Part shown: piece by piece, positions 1 to 9,112 of the stretch
Numbering within the stretch: the stretch's first letter is position 1
How the letters are laid out: every line of letters starts with the position of its first letter
NCBI GenBank assembly: GCA_965238005.1
Contig: OZ250165.1
Location: 2,528,001 to 2,592,000, forward strand
DNA length: 64,000 nt
Direction of reading: 5' to 3'
Source of the DNA: Longimicrobiales bacterium
GTDB taxonomy: Bacteria; Gemmatimonadota; Gemmatimonadetes; Longimicrobiales; Gaopeijiaceae
Notes under the pieces: model-generated
Database searches by the model: none
What the model was told of the DNA's origin: nothing
Seen by the model: the letters and a program-made list of their open reading frames with translations, nothing else
Position numbers and translations under genes: made by a program

Positions 1-329
1 GGTGGCTGGCCGTTACGTTCATGACGCCCCCGGTTGAAGCCGAGACCCTGCGCGCCTTCCACCGGAGCATCCGTCCCCTTGGCCGGGGCTGGGACGCCGT
101 CGTTGGAGATGGCGCATCCGCTGACGAAGCCCCATCTGGGGCGGAGGGAGAGCTCACCGCCGGTCTCCTCTCGTGGTTCCTGGGGTGCACCATGGTGTAC
201 GGCGCCTTGTTCGGAACCGGCTTCCTGCTCTACGGGCAGCTTGTGGCGGGAGCCTTGGGGCTGATCGTTGCGACCGTCGCGGGCTGGGGAGTCTTCAGGA
301 TCCTCCCGCGGGTGGGCTTCCTCACGTAG
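1..329 (+). CDS. C-terminal part of a membrane transporter, probably sodium:solute symporter family (5'-truncated by window edge)
   Basis: Frame is open from the window start (WLAVTFMTPP...LRAFHRSIRPLGRGW) and is followed by two hydrophobic helices, resembling SSS C-termini. Confidence 0.6.
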   Translation, partial: WLAVTFMTPPVEAETLRAFHRSIRPLGRGWDAVVGDGASADEAPSGAEGELTAGLLSWFLGCTMVYGALFGTGFLLYGQLVAGALGLIVATVAGWGVFRILPRVGFLT

Positions 330-360
330 CCTATCCGAAGGTAGTCCCATCGAGAGGTAG

Positions 361-1806
361 GTCGAGTAGCCCGGGCGGTTGCCCGCCCGGGCCCTCTCAG
401 ATCCGAGCAAGGAGATTTCCACCACTCGGCTCCTCCGTTGAGGAGTCTCACGGAGCCCTGACCCAGACTTGTACACGTTGCCGAACATCGGCGAGATGAT
501 CGACCCCTGCGCGGAACCCTCGCCCGGCTTGCTGAACTCTTCGCCGTCGAGGACGCCCACGTGAAGACATTTGCCGAGCAGCCGCAGGAGCGGCGTGTCG
601 GCCACCCGGATCTGGAGCAGCTCCAACAGCTTCTTGCGGTCGATGCTGTCGAAGAAACGCCTGGATGTCGGCCTCCAGGACCACCGCGATCCCTTCCCAG
701 GACACCATCCGGTTGATGGCTCGAAGCGCGTCGTGCGCACTGCGATCTGGCCGGAACCCGTATGAGCATTCCAGGAAGTCCTGTTCGTAGACTGCCTCCA
801 GGACCTCATGCAGCGCGCCCTGCACAATCTTGTCCTCCAGATTGGAGATACCGATCGGCCGCGTCTTACCGTTCCCCTTCGGGATGTACACACGTCGGAT
901 CGGCTGATGTCGGTACCGCATCGATCTCAGCCGCTCGTGCAGCCCCCGGCGGTTCCCCTCCAGATGCCGCCCGTACTCCTCCTTCGTGATGCCCTCGACC
1001 CCGACCGCCGCGTTCTTGCGGATCCGGCCGTAGGCCCGTCGTAGGCCCGTCCCAGCGCCGCCTCGTCCACGAGGTGCGCCAACGAGTTGAATCTGGCGTC
1101 CGGGTCTCGCCTCGCTCTCTCCGCTACCTTCAGGAGTCCCGGGGACATGGGGGACCCTTGGTCTGTGCTCAAGGCCATGTTTCCCTCCTGAAGTTCTGCC
1201 TCAACACGGGCCGCCTTTGCTCGGCTGGGTCCGGGTGCCATCATCCGTTCCCCAGCGTCTTCGCTCCTAAGCGGCCCTCCGACTCCCCTGCCGCATTGGC
1301 ACGCCTCCGGTTTGCCCTCGGTCGTGCCTTACCGGTTGAGCAAGCGTCGCTTCTGTGCCTGGTGGCGTCGCCGCCACGGGGCCGGCCACCGGACCGCTTG
1401 CCGCCGACGGCGCGTCGGAGAGGGTCACCGGTTCTCCGTTGCCCGGATCCTCCAACCGGACGGTCAGGGGCCTCCCAGGTTACTGGGCCGTCCTCTTTGA
1501 GCGTGCCGCCCGCCACCCACCCCGCCGGGTCTCCTCGTCGGCTGGCCTTTAGCGCCTTCGGGAGTACTGCTTTCCAGGATGGGAAACCCTTGAGCACCCG
1601 GGATTAAGCTGTTTCGGGGCTGACACACGCGGCCCACCCACTCGCCTGACTACGCATCAACCGCCTCCTCACGAAGACGGCTGCAAGCCTGGCTACCGGT
1701 CTGCCGGCTACGCTTTGACCGGGTGGGGCTCGCACCCACAGGACGACTCATCCGAGTTTCGGTCTACATCCTGACCTCCTCCCAGACCAGCAGGGCCTGG
1801 TCGCTT
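361..1806 (-). mobile_element. Group II intron, ribozyme apparently complete, intron-encoded protein degenerate
   Basis: Minus strand has domain V (GAGCCGAGTGGTGGAAATCTCCTTGCTCGGATC) and a domain VI hairpin ending CTACTCGAC at 361. The 5' end reads AAGCGACCAGGCCCTGCTGGTC at 1806. An RT remnant lies inside. Confidence 0.85.
448..1178 (-). pseudogene. ltrA: Group II intron reverse transcriptase/maturase, frameshifted and internally deleted
   Basis: RT motifs IRRVYIPK.NGKTRPIGI, EDKIVQ, CSYGFRPDRSAHDAL, EADI..FFDSID and QGSIISPMFGNVY are present. Lesions: 11-bp tandem duplication at 1030-1051, an extra base near 656, and a deletion near 472 that removes YADD and domain X, rejoining to the terminal VQVWVRAP-stop. 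Confidence 0.9.
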
Positions 1807-2045
1807 CTCCCATCCAGCCATGGACGGATTCTGAGCCTCATGATCGTCGAGATCCGGGACTCCCTGTAGAACGCACCTGACGACGCCTGGCATTCGGTCT
1901 GCCCGGCGACCTCGACCCCGGGACACTTCCGGCGTCCCCCACCCCCTCCGCGGCCCGCCCACAAGCCAGCCAGGGCCTCGAGAAACCCCCTCTTATCTTT
2001 CAAGCAAGCACGCCGAACACTCCTGGCATCCCAAACCACCGCCGC

Positions 2046-3674
2046 ATGCTAACCCGTTCCAAGGAGCTTCCCATGGTCCGCCCCGCTGTCGCTGCCGTCA
2101 CTCCCAGCGATTCCGGCCCCACGCTCGCCGTCGTGCCTTCCTGCGACTCCGGCCCCACGCTCGCCGTCGTAGCCGGCGCGTCAACCCAGAACCTCGAGCG
2201 CCTGGGCGACGAGATCGCCGAGCTGGCCGCACACCTGGATGCGGCCACCTACCGCCTCCTGGCGCTAATCCGTGAGTTCGACGCGAAAGAGGGGTGGCGC
2301 TCGGGATTCCGGACGTGCGCCCACTGGCTCAGCTGGCGTACCGGGATCGACATGGGAGCTGCCCGCGAGAAGGTGAGGGTGGCCCGGGCCTTGGAGCATC
2401 TACCCCTGCTGAGCGAAGAGATGCGGCTTGGAGAGCTCTCCTACTCGAAGGCCCGAGCTCTCACGCGCGTCGCCACGGCGGATAACGAAGAGGAGTTGAT
2501 GGGCTTCGCCCAGCACGCAACGGCATCGCATGTGGAAACACTCGTGAGGACGTGGCGCCGTGTGGACCGCTTGGAGGAGCAATGCCAGGAGCGGGAGCGG
2601 CATCGGTCGCGCTTCCTCACTGTCCGTCCCGATGTGGACGGCATGTACGTTGTCCGGGGACGGCTGGATCCCGAGGTCGGTGCGCTGTTGACGAAGGCCC
2701 TCGAAGCTGCGGGGGATGAACTCTACCGCAGGGCTGCGGAGGATGAAGTCTACCGGAGGGCTGCGGAGGATGACCCCGTGGGCGATCCCCAGATCACCGG
2801 GGATGGGGTGGCCGCGGACACGGTGGAAGGGTCCGTGGCAGCGGAGGTCCGATCTGAGGTTCGATCTGAGGTCCGATCTGAGGAGACCACGCCGGGGCAG
2901 CGGCGGGCGGACGCGATCGGCCTTCTCGCCGAGTGTGCGCTGCAGGGCGGATTGGTGGAGGCGGGCGGGGGGCGTGCCGCCGGCGAGTGCGGCGACGGCA
3001 AGCGCAGCGACGGACGGGCTGCAGCCACGGTGAGCCGGGCAGACCGTTTTCAGGTGGTTCTTCACGTGGATGCCGAGGCGCTCGCCGATTCCGAGACCCT
3101 CGTGGACGGCTCCGTGGACGGCTCCGTGGCGTATGAATCCGAGCTGGAGGACGGCGTTCGCGTTTCCGCGGAGACGTCGAGGCGTCTGGCATGCGACGCG
3201 AGCCGTGTCGTCATGACTCACGGCACCGATGGATCGGTGCTCGATGTCGGAAGGAAGACGCGAACGGTGCCACCCGCCATTCGGAGGGCGCTCGACCACA
3301 GGGACAGGGGATGCCGTTTCCCAGGCTGTGGACTCAGGTTCTGCGACGCCCATCACATCGAACACTGGGCCGACGGTGGAGAGACCAGGCTGGACGGCCT
3401 CGTGCTTTTGTGCCGTCTACATCACCGGGCGGTGCACGAGGAGGGATTCGGGGTGGCCTTCACGGACGACGGCCGGATCCACTTCCGTTGGCCTGACGGG
3501 CGGGCATTCCCCGACGCTCCCCAGGCGCCGCGGCTGACAGGGGATCCGGTCACGGCTCTCGAAAGGAAGCACGAGAGGATGGAGCTCGGTATCGATCCCG
3601 GGACACCGACTAGCCTGTGGCAAGGTGAGTCCTTCGACCTGGGCCTGGCGATCCAGATGTTCCGAAATGCGTGA
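2046..3674 (+). CDS. DUF222 domain / HNH endonuclease (13E12-repeat-like family)
   Basis: N-terminal GFRTCAHWLSWRTG and LSYSKARALTRVA; C-terminal RRALDHRDRGCRFPGC...DAHHIEHWADGGET.LDGLVLLCRLHHRAVHE. The start could be 2073. Confidence 0.9.
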   Translation: MLTRSKELPMVRPAVAAVTPSDSGPTLAVVPSCDSGPTLAVVAGASTQNLERLGDEIAELAAHLDAATYRLLALIREFDAKEGWRSGFRTCAHWLSWRTGIDMGAAREKVRVARALEHLPLLSEEMRLGELSYSKARALTRVATADNEEELMGFAQHATASHVETLVRTWRRVDRLEEQCQERERHRSRFLTVRPDVDGMYVVRGRLDPEVGALLTKALEAAGDELYRRAAEDEVYRRAAEDDPVGDPQITGDGVAADTVEGSVAAEVRSEVRSEVRSEETTPGQRRADAIGLLAECALQGGLVEAGGGRAAGECGDGKRSDGRAAATVSRADRFQVVLHVDAEALADSETLVDGSVDGSVAYESELEDGVRVSAETSRRLACDASRVVMTHGTDGSVLDVGRKTRTVPPAIRRALDHRDRGCRFPGCGLRFCDAHHIEHWADGGETRLDGLVLLCRLHHRAVHEEGFGVAFTDDGRIHFRWPDGRAFPDAPQAPRLTGDPVTALERKHERMELGIDPGTPTSLWQGESFDLGLAIQMFRNA

Positions 3675-3967
3675 GGGCTCGGGGGCCGGGAGCGTCCTGG
3701 ACTCTCCTAAGCCCCCACCCTCTCCACCGTGGCTCCCCCCGAGGGGGCCGCCCTGAAGACCGCTTCCTCTGCCGATGTGTCTCTCCTCAGCCTGTAGCAA
3801 CCAACTGCGAGGGCTTCCAGAGCCGCCGACTCCGCGGCCTCCGTACACAGGATCAGTGCCGCACCCCCGAGTCCCGCTCCGGTGAGACGTGCCCCTGCCG
3901 CGCCCGCCTCCCGAGCGAGCCGATTCCGATCTAAGCAAGGGGACCACGTCCGTTACTCCGATCCAGG

Positions 3968-4398
3968 ATGAAGCTCATGGACAGCCCCCACCCGACCCGG
4001 CGAGTCCTGGCCGCTGTTCTGCTTTCGTTGGTGATGGCGAGCTCCGCCGCCGCACAGCACGGATGACATCGGATTCCACCTGATCAACCCCTCGCTCCCG
4101 CTGACCGAGCCACCCCGTGAGCGAACCGAGGTGGAGGTCAGCCCCGACCGTGTTGTCACAGTGGTCGGGGTTTGCGAGTTGACGCCCGAGTTCCAGATCA
4201 CGGTGACCTCGAGGATGGCCAGCTACACGCCCAGGCGACCGGCCAGGGTAAGGCTCCCATCTTCCCCGCGTAGGAGGACGAATTCTTCTACAAGGTCATC
4301 GATGCCCAGGTGAGCTTCGTTCGGAATACCGCTGGAGAAGTGATGGAGCTGATCTCCACAAGAACAGGCGTGACACACCCGGCAAGAAGCTGCGCTGA
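3968..4398 (+). pseudogene. Remnant of a secreted serine hydrolase (beta-lactamase-like with DUF3471-type C-terminus); catalytic domain deleted
   Basis: Signal peptide MKLMDSPHPTRRVLAAVLLSLVMASSAAAQ is joined directly to DDIGFHLINP...ELTPEFQITVT...QATGQGKAPIF...DEFFYKVIDAQVSF, with frameshifts and an in-frame TAG. Confidence 0.65.
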
Positions 4399-4506
4399 GG
4401 CTACCCGGGAGACACCTACGCGTCGTTGCCGGCCGTGCCCGGCGGGCGCCCGGCGGGCGGGCGGGCGTGCCCGGCGGGGCGGTGCACCGGCGTGGGAAGA
4501 CCGCCC

Positions 4507-5382
4507 CTAACGAACCCTCAAGACCATGAGAACGGGCCGGTGATCCGACGCCAGGCGCTCGTCGATCACACGGTACTCCAGGAGCTCGAATCGATCTTCG
4601 GGGCGGTAGCCGATGAAGTCGATCTCCCGCTCAGGTCGATCCGCCGGAAAGGTCAGGGCAGGTCGGGCCTTGTTCGGCATCGTCCAGTGGTGATCGATGA
4701 CGTCCATCACCCGGTCACCCAGTCGCGAATTGAAGTCGCCCGCCAGAATGACCGGCGTGGGCTCGTGCTCGAAGATGTCGACGATCTCCCGGGCCTGTCT
4801 GAAGCGCTGCTCCTCCGTCCGATAGAGGTGGACGCCCGCGACGATAACCTCCCCTGCCCCCCCCGGCAGGCGGATCCTGGCGGCCAGCGTGCTCCGGGGC
4901 TCCGTGCCGCGTGGCAATTCGTGGTTCACGGACACCACGATAGGTGACCGTGACAGGATGGCCATTCCGTATTCCCCACCCTGGTACTCCATGAACGCGC
5001 CGAAAGCGTGGTCCATCCCGGTCAGATCGCCCAGACGCGCCGCCTGGTCCACCCGACCCGTGCGGCTCACGTCCCAGTCGACCTCCTGAAGGGCTACGAT
5101 ATCGGGGCGAGCGGCGCGGATGACGGCGGCCACCCGCTCCAGGTCCAGCTCCCGGTCCATACCCTCGCCGTGCCGGATGTTGTAGGCCAGGACCCGCACG
5201 GTGGGTCGTTGCCCGGCCTCCTCCAGCATCTCCTGGATGGCCGCGCAGCCCGTCAGCCCCAGCCCCAGCCCCAGCCCCAGCGCCAGCGCCCACGAGGCCC
5301 TCCTCTTCCCGCCGCCCTTGCCGCGGGGGCCCCAGCCGCCAGGGGTCAGCCGCCGACTCTTCTTCGCTCTGATCACTCCCAT
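4507..5382 (-). CDS. Endonuclease/exonuclease/phosphatase family protein, probable lipoprotein
   Basis: Motifs YNIRHG, DIVALQEVD, GEYGMAILSR, ILAGDFN, IDFI, SDHRPV; lipobox-like LTGC. ATG at 5382 is preferred over the longer fused ORF. Confidence 0.85.
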   Translation of the reverse strand: MGVIRAKKSRRLTPGGWGPRGKGGGKRRASWALALGLGLGLGLTGCAAIQEMLEEAGQRPTVRVLAYNIRHGEGMDRELDLERVAAVIRAARPDIVALQEVDWDVSRTGRVDQAARLGDLTGMDHAFGAFMEYQGGEYGMAILSRSPIVVSVNHELPRGTEPRSTLAARIRLPGGAGEVIVAGVHLYRTEEQRFRQAREIVDIFEHEPTPVILAGDFNSRLGDRVMDVIDHHWTMPNKARPALTFPADRPEREIDFIGYRPEDRFELLEYRVIDERLASDHRPVLMVLRVR

Positions 5383-5675
5383 GCTCCATCGTCCAGGGCC
5401 CGCCCGAGGGCCTCCAGTCCGCCACCGAGCATGTCGCTCAGGCCGCCGATGGCCACCCTGAAGTGGGCGGGGCACTGGAAGAAGGACCCGGGCACGACAA
5501 CCCGTATCGTACTGCTCCGCCAGCCTCTGAGCGAAGATCTCGGTGTCCTCGACGCCGCGGATCCGGGGAAAGCCCACGGCACCGCCCACCGGAGGAGCCC
5601 ACTCGAGCACATCGCGGCCCTCGATGAAGTCCGTGAGCAGCCGAAAGTTGGGTTCGAGGATGGAGCGGGCCCGCG
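5373..5675 (-). pseudogene. 3' remnant of a PLP-dependent aminotransferase (class I/II)
   Basis: LEWAPPVGGAVGFPRI...FAQRLAEQYD, then a frameshift, then VVPGSFF...HFRVAIG...GLEALGRALD. The N-terminal portion is missing. Confidence 0.7.
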
Positions 5676-6046
5676 TCGACGCTCCTCCCCGACCCACCAA
5701 CCGAAGCGTGTACTCCGCGAAGGTGATGCCCACTGCCGCGATGGCCCCGCTCTCGATCATGAGCAGGAGCGCCCATCCGTACAGGAACCCCGCCAGGGGG
5801 TGATAGGCGTCACGCAGGTAGGCGTAATGACCGCCGGCCGTCGGAAGGAGTGACCCGGAGCTCGGCGAAGGTGAACGCACCGGCGAGGGCGATTCCGCCC
5901 CCGGCGATCCAGGCAGCCATGACCAGCCACCCGGAGTCCAGCCGCTGGGCCACGATGTAAGGGTTGATGAAGATGCCGGCGCCGATGATACCACCCACCA
6001 CCACCATCGTGGCGTCGAACGTCCCGAGCTCCCGGCGGAAGCTCAT
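5676..6046 (-). pseudogene. 5' remnant of an APC-family amino acid permease
   Basis: MSFRRELGTFDATMVVVGGIIGAGIFINP...FAEL, frameshift near 5860, then PTAGGHYAYLRDAYHPLAGFLYGW. Truncated after about 120 codons. Confidence 0.8.
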
Positions 6047-6163
6047 CGTGATACCCTCGCAAAGGTGACACTGCTCGACGAGAAGGCGCCGAGAACGCTG
6101 AGGGTTGAAGCTCGCATGGCGACAAACTACTGTGAGCAAACGGACTCCGCGAAGTAGTCGGCG

Positions 6164-6226
6164 TACGTACGTTCAAGACGATACATACGTATGTTGAAGA
6201 CGAATATGTACGTACGTTGGAGAGAC
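6164..6226. promoter_or_regulatory. Three direct repeats with palindromic TACGTA cores in a divergent promoter region (candidate operator)
   Basis: TACGTACGTTCAAGACGA (6164), TACGTATGTTGAAGACGA (6186), TACGTACGTTGGAGAGAC (6209); spacing 22 and 23 bp. Confidence 0.45.
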
Positions 6227-6388
6227 TCCCCTCACCCCGTGGGAGAGAGTGCGAGGGCCGCGTGGGGTTAGGTACGGGGTGTTTTCCGCGCTGAGCCTTT
6301 GGTATTCTTTCACATCCGCTTCCCCCGACGGACCACGACCAACGCGCACCAGAGAACGCCGCGCACCAGAGAGCACATAAAGGCCGTC

Positions 6389-9097
6389 ATGAGCAGCGAC
6401 CCCTTCGGCGCACTGACCAGCATCGATCTGAGGGAAGGGCTCACGTCCTTCTACCGGCTCGGTAGATTGGAGGAGACCGGCCTCGGAGACCTGGGCCGCC
6501 TCCCCTTCTCCATCCGCATCCTCCTGGAGAACGCCCTGCGCCATGCCGGCAGCAGGTACGTGGGTGAGGAGCACGTGCAGGCGGTAGCCGAGTGGAGCCC
6601 GACGAACGCGGGTGCCGACGTGCCGTTCATGCCCACACGGGTGGTGCTCCAGGACTTCACCGGCGTCCCCGCAGTGGTCGATCTTGCCGCCATGCGGGAC
6701 CGGCTCAAGGCCATGAACGGCGATCCGAACCGCATCAACCCGGTGGTCCCGGCCGACCTCGTCATCGACCACTCGGTCCAGGTCGACTACTTCGGGACCC
6801 CCGAGGCCTATCGGCAGAACGTGGAGAAGGAGTTCGAACGGAACCGGGAGCGGTACGCCCTCCTACGGTGGGCTCAGCACTCTTTCGAGGACTTCCGGGT
6901 CGTGCCGCCGGGAACGGGGATCGTGCACCAGGTGAACCTCGAGTACCTGGCGTCCGTGGTGCATCGACGGGAGGAGGGCGGCGCGTGGGTGGCCTATCCC
7001 GACACGCTCGTGGGCACCGACTCGCATACGACCATGATCAACGGGCTGGGGGTCGTGGGTTGGGGCGTGGGCGGTATCGAGGCGGAGGCCGTACTCACGG
7101 GTCAACCCTACTACATGCTGCTGCCCGAGGTGGTGGGCGTGAAGTTCACCGGTGAGCTGCCCGAGGGAGCCACGGCCACGGATCTCGTGCTCCACGTGGT
7201 GGAGATGCTACGGGCCCACGGCGTGGTGGGTCGCTTCGTCGAGTACTTCGGCCCCGGTCTCTCCAAGCTGACCCTTCCGGACCGCGCGACCCTGGCCAAC
7301 ATGTCCCCCGAATACGGTGCGACCATCGGCTTCTTCCCCGTCGATGCCGAGACCCTGTCCTACCTGACAGGATCGGGACGAAGCGAGGAGCTGGTGGAGA
7401 GGGTCGAGCGGATCAGCAAGGAGCAGGGGCTCTTCCGCACCGATCAGACACCGGATGCGGAGTACACCGACGTTCTCCACATGGACCTCTCCACGGTGGA
7501 GCCCAGCGTGGCCGGGCCGAAGCGTCCCCAGGACCGGATCGGGTTGGGCGACCTTCCCGCGGCGTTCGCCCGGGATCTCCCGACCCTCGTGCCCTCTGGG
7601 TTCCCACTAAACGGGAACGGCAAGCGGACGGTCCCCGTGGAGGTGGACGGAGAGGCGTGCGAGATCGGAGACGGCAGCATCGTCATCGCCGCCATCACCA
7701 GCTGTACCAACACATCGAACCCGACGGTCATGGTGGGGGCGGGCCTCATGGCCAAGAAGGCCGTGGAGCTGGGTCTCGAGGTGAAGCCGTGGGTGAAGCC
7801 TAGCATGGCTCCGGGATCGAAGGTGGTCAGCGACTACCTGGATGCCGCCGGCCTCAGCGACTATCTGAACCAGCTGGGGTTCGACGTGGTGGGATACGGA
7901 TGCACGACGTGCATCGGAAACTCGGGGCCCCTGGCCGGGTCCATTGGCGAAGAGGTCACGAAGCAGGGCTTGGTCGTGACGTCGATCCTCTCCGGCAATC
8001 GGAACTTCGAGGCGCGCATCCACCCCCAGGTGCGGGCGAACTACCTGTCCTCTCCCATCCTGGTCGTCGCGTACGCCCTGGCAGGACGGATCGACATCGA
8101 CTGGGCGACGGAGCCCGTAGGCCACGACCGCGACGGCCAGCCCGTCTATCTCAAGGACCTGTGGCCCAGCTCGGGGGTCATCGGCGAGACCGTGCGGTCC
8201 TGCCTCCGGCCCGAGATGTTCGAGAGCCGGTACGCCGAGGTATTCGAGGGCAACGACCTGTGGCAGGCGCTCCCCCTCCCCACCGACGAGGACAACCTCT
8301 ACGACTGGGAGGCCGATTCCACGTACATCCGGAATCCTCCCTTCTTCCAGGGCATGTCGCTGGAGGTCCCGGACCTGGCCGACGTCCACGGAGCCCGGGT
8401 CCTGGGCATCGTCGGTCATACGACGACCACGGACCACATATCCCCTGCGGGTGCGATCCCCAAGGATCAGCCCGCCGGAGCCTACCTGCAGGAGCGGGGG
8501 GTGAAGCCCTGGCAGTTCAACACCTTCGGCTCCCGGCGCGGGAACCACGAGGTGATGATGCGGGGCACCTTCGGCAACGTGCGCATCCGGAACCTCATGC
8601 TCGAAGATCGCGAGGGCGGCTACACCGTCCACATCCCCAGCGGTGAGGAGACATCCATCTTCGAAGCCTCGATGCGCTATCAGGCCGAGGGCACGCCTCT
8701 GGTGGTCCTGGCCGGGCGGGAATACGGGACGGGCAGCTCACGTGACTGGGCGGCGAAGGGTACCGCCTTGCTGGGCGTCCGAGCGGTCATCGCCGAGAGC
8801 TACGAGCGCATCCACCGGAGCAACCTGGTGGGCATGGGCGTCCTACCCCTGCAGTTCGAAGAGGGCGACAGCGCCCGATCCCTGGGTCTGACGGGCCGTG
8901 AGACGTACGACATCACGGGTGTGGCCGACGGACTGGAGCCCCACGCACGCTTGAGCGTGGTGGCCACGGCCGAGGACGGCACCGAGACGGCTTTCCAGGT
9001 GATCGCGCGCCTCGATTCGGACGTGGATGTGGAGTACTACCAGAACGGCGGAATCCTGCACACCGTGCTGCGGAGGATGGGCTCAGGGGAGATGTAG
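6389..9097 (+). CDS. acnA: Aconitate hydratase A
   Basis: QDFTGVPAVVDLAAMR, DHSVQVD, GTDSHTTM, AAITSCTNTSN, YGCTTCIGNSG, GSSRDWAAKG. Confidence 0.97.
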   Translation: MSSDPFGALTSIDLREGLTSFYRLGRLEETGLGDLGRLPFSIRILLENALRHAGSRYVGEEHVQAVAEWSPTNAGADVPFMPTRVVLQDFTGVPAVVDLAAMRDRLKAMNGDPNRINPVVPADLVIDHSVQVDYFGTPEAYRQNVEKEFERNRERYALLRWAQHSFEDFRVVPPGTGIVHQVNLEYLASVVHRREEGGAWVAYPDTLVGTDSHTTMINGLGVVGWGVGGIEAEAVLTGQPYYMLLPEVVGVKFTGELPEGATATDLVLHVVEMLRAHGVVGRFVEYFGPGLSKLTLPDRATLANMSPEYGATIGFFPVDAETLSYLTGSGRSEELVERVERISKEQGLFRTDQTPDAEYTDVLHMDLSTVEPSVAGPKRPQDRIGLGDLPAAFARDLPTLVPSGFPLNGNGKRTVPVEVDGEACEIGDGSIVIAAITSCTNTSNPTVMVGAGLMAKKAVELGLEVKPWVKPSMAPGSKVVSDYLDAAGLSDYLNQLGFDVVGYGCTTCIGNSGPLAGSIGEEVTKQGLVVTSILSGNRNFEARIHPQVRANYLSSPILVVAYALAGRIDIDWATEPVGHDRDGQPVYLKDLWPSSGVIGETVRSCLRPEMFESRYAEVFEGNDLWQALPLPTDEDNLYDWEADSTYIRNPPFFQGMSLEVPDLADVHGARVLGIVGHTTTTDHISPAGAIPKDQPAGAYLQERGVKPWQFNTFGSRRGNHEVMMRGTFGNVRIRNLMLEDREGGYTVHIPSGEETSIFEASMRYQAEGTPLVVLAGREYGTGSSRDWAAKGTALLGVRAVIAESYERIHRSNLVGMGVLPLQFEEGDSARSLGLTGRETYDITGVADGLEPHARLSVVATAEDGTETAFQVIARLDSDVDVEYYQNGGILHTVLRRMGSGEM

Positions 9098-9112
9098 CGC
9101 TCCAGCGCGGCC

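Noticed and set aside
448..1244. RT fragment as a retron, DGR or defence RT
   Set aside because: It is flanked by group II intron domains V/VI and 5' RNA; no template/variable repeat pair or msr-msd was seen.
2005..2040. SOS box upstream of the HNH gene
   Set aside because: Only one CCGAAC half-site; no partner at the 11-bp spacing seen at lexA.
2046..3674. HNH protein as Cas9 or IscB
   Set aside because: No RuvC motifs or PLMP N-terminus and no CRISPR array; the architecture is DUF222-HNH.
4426..4500. GC-rich GCCCGGCGGG repeats between convergent genes as a REP or ncRNA
   Set aside because: Low complexity, no second copy found in the window and no convincing fold.
6164..6226. Triple repeat as a mini-CRISPR
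   Set aside because: Gaps between repeats are only 4-5 bp and there are no cas genes.
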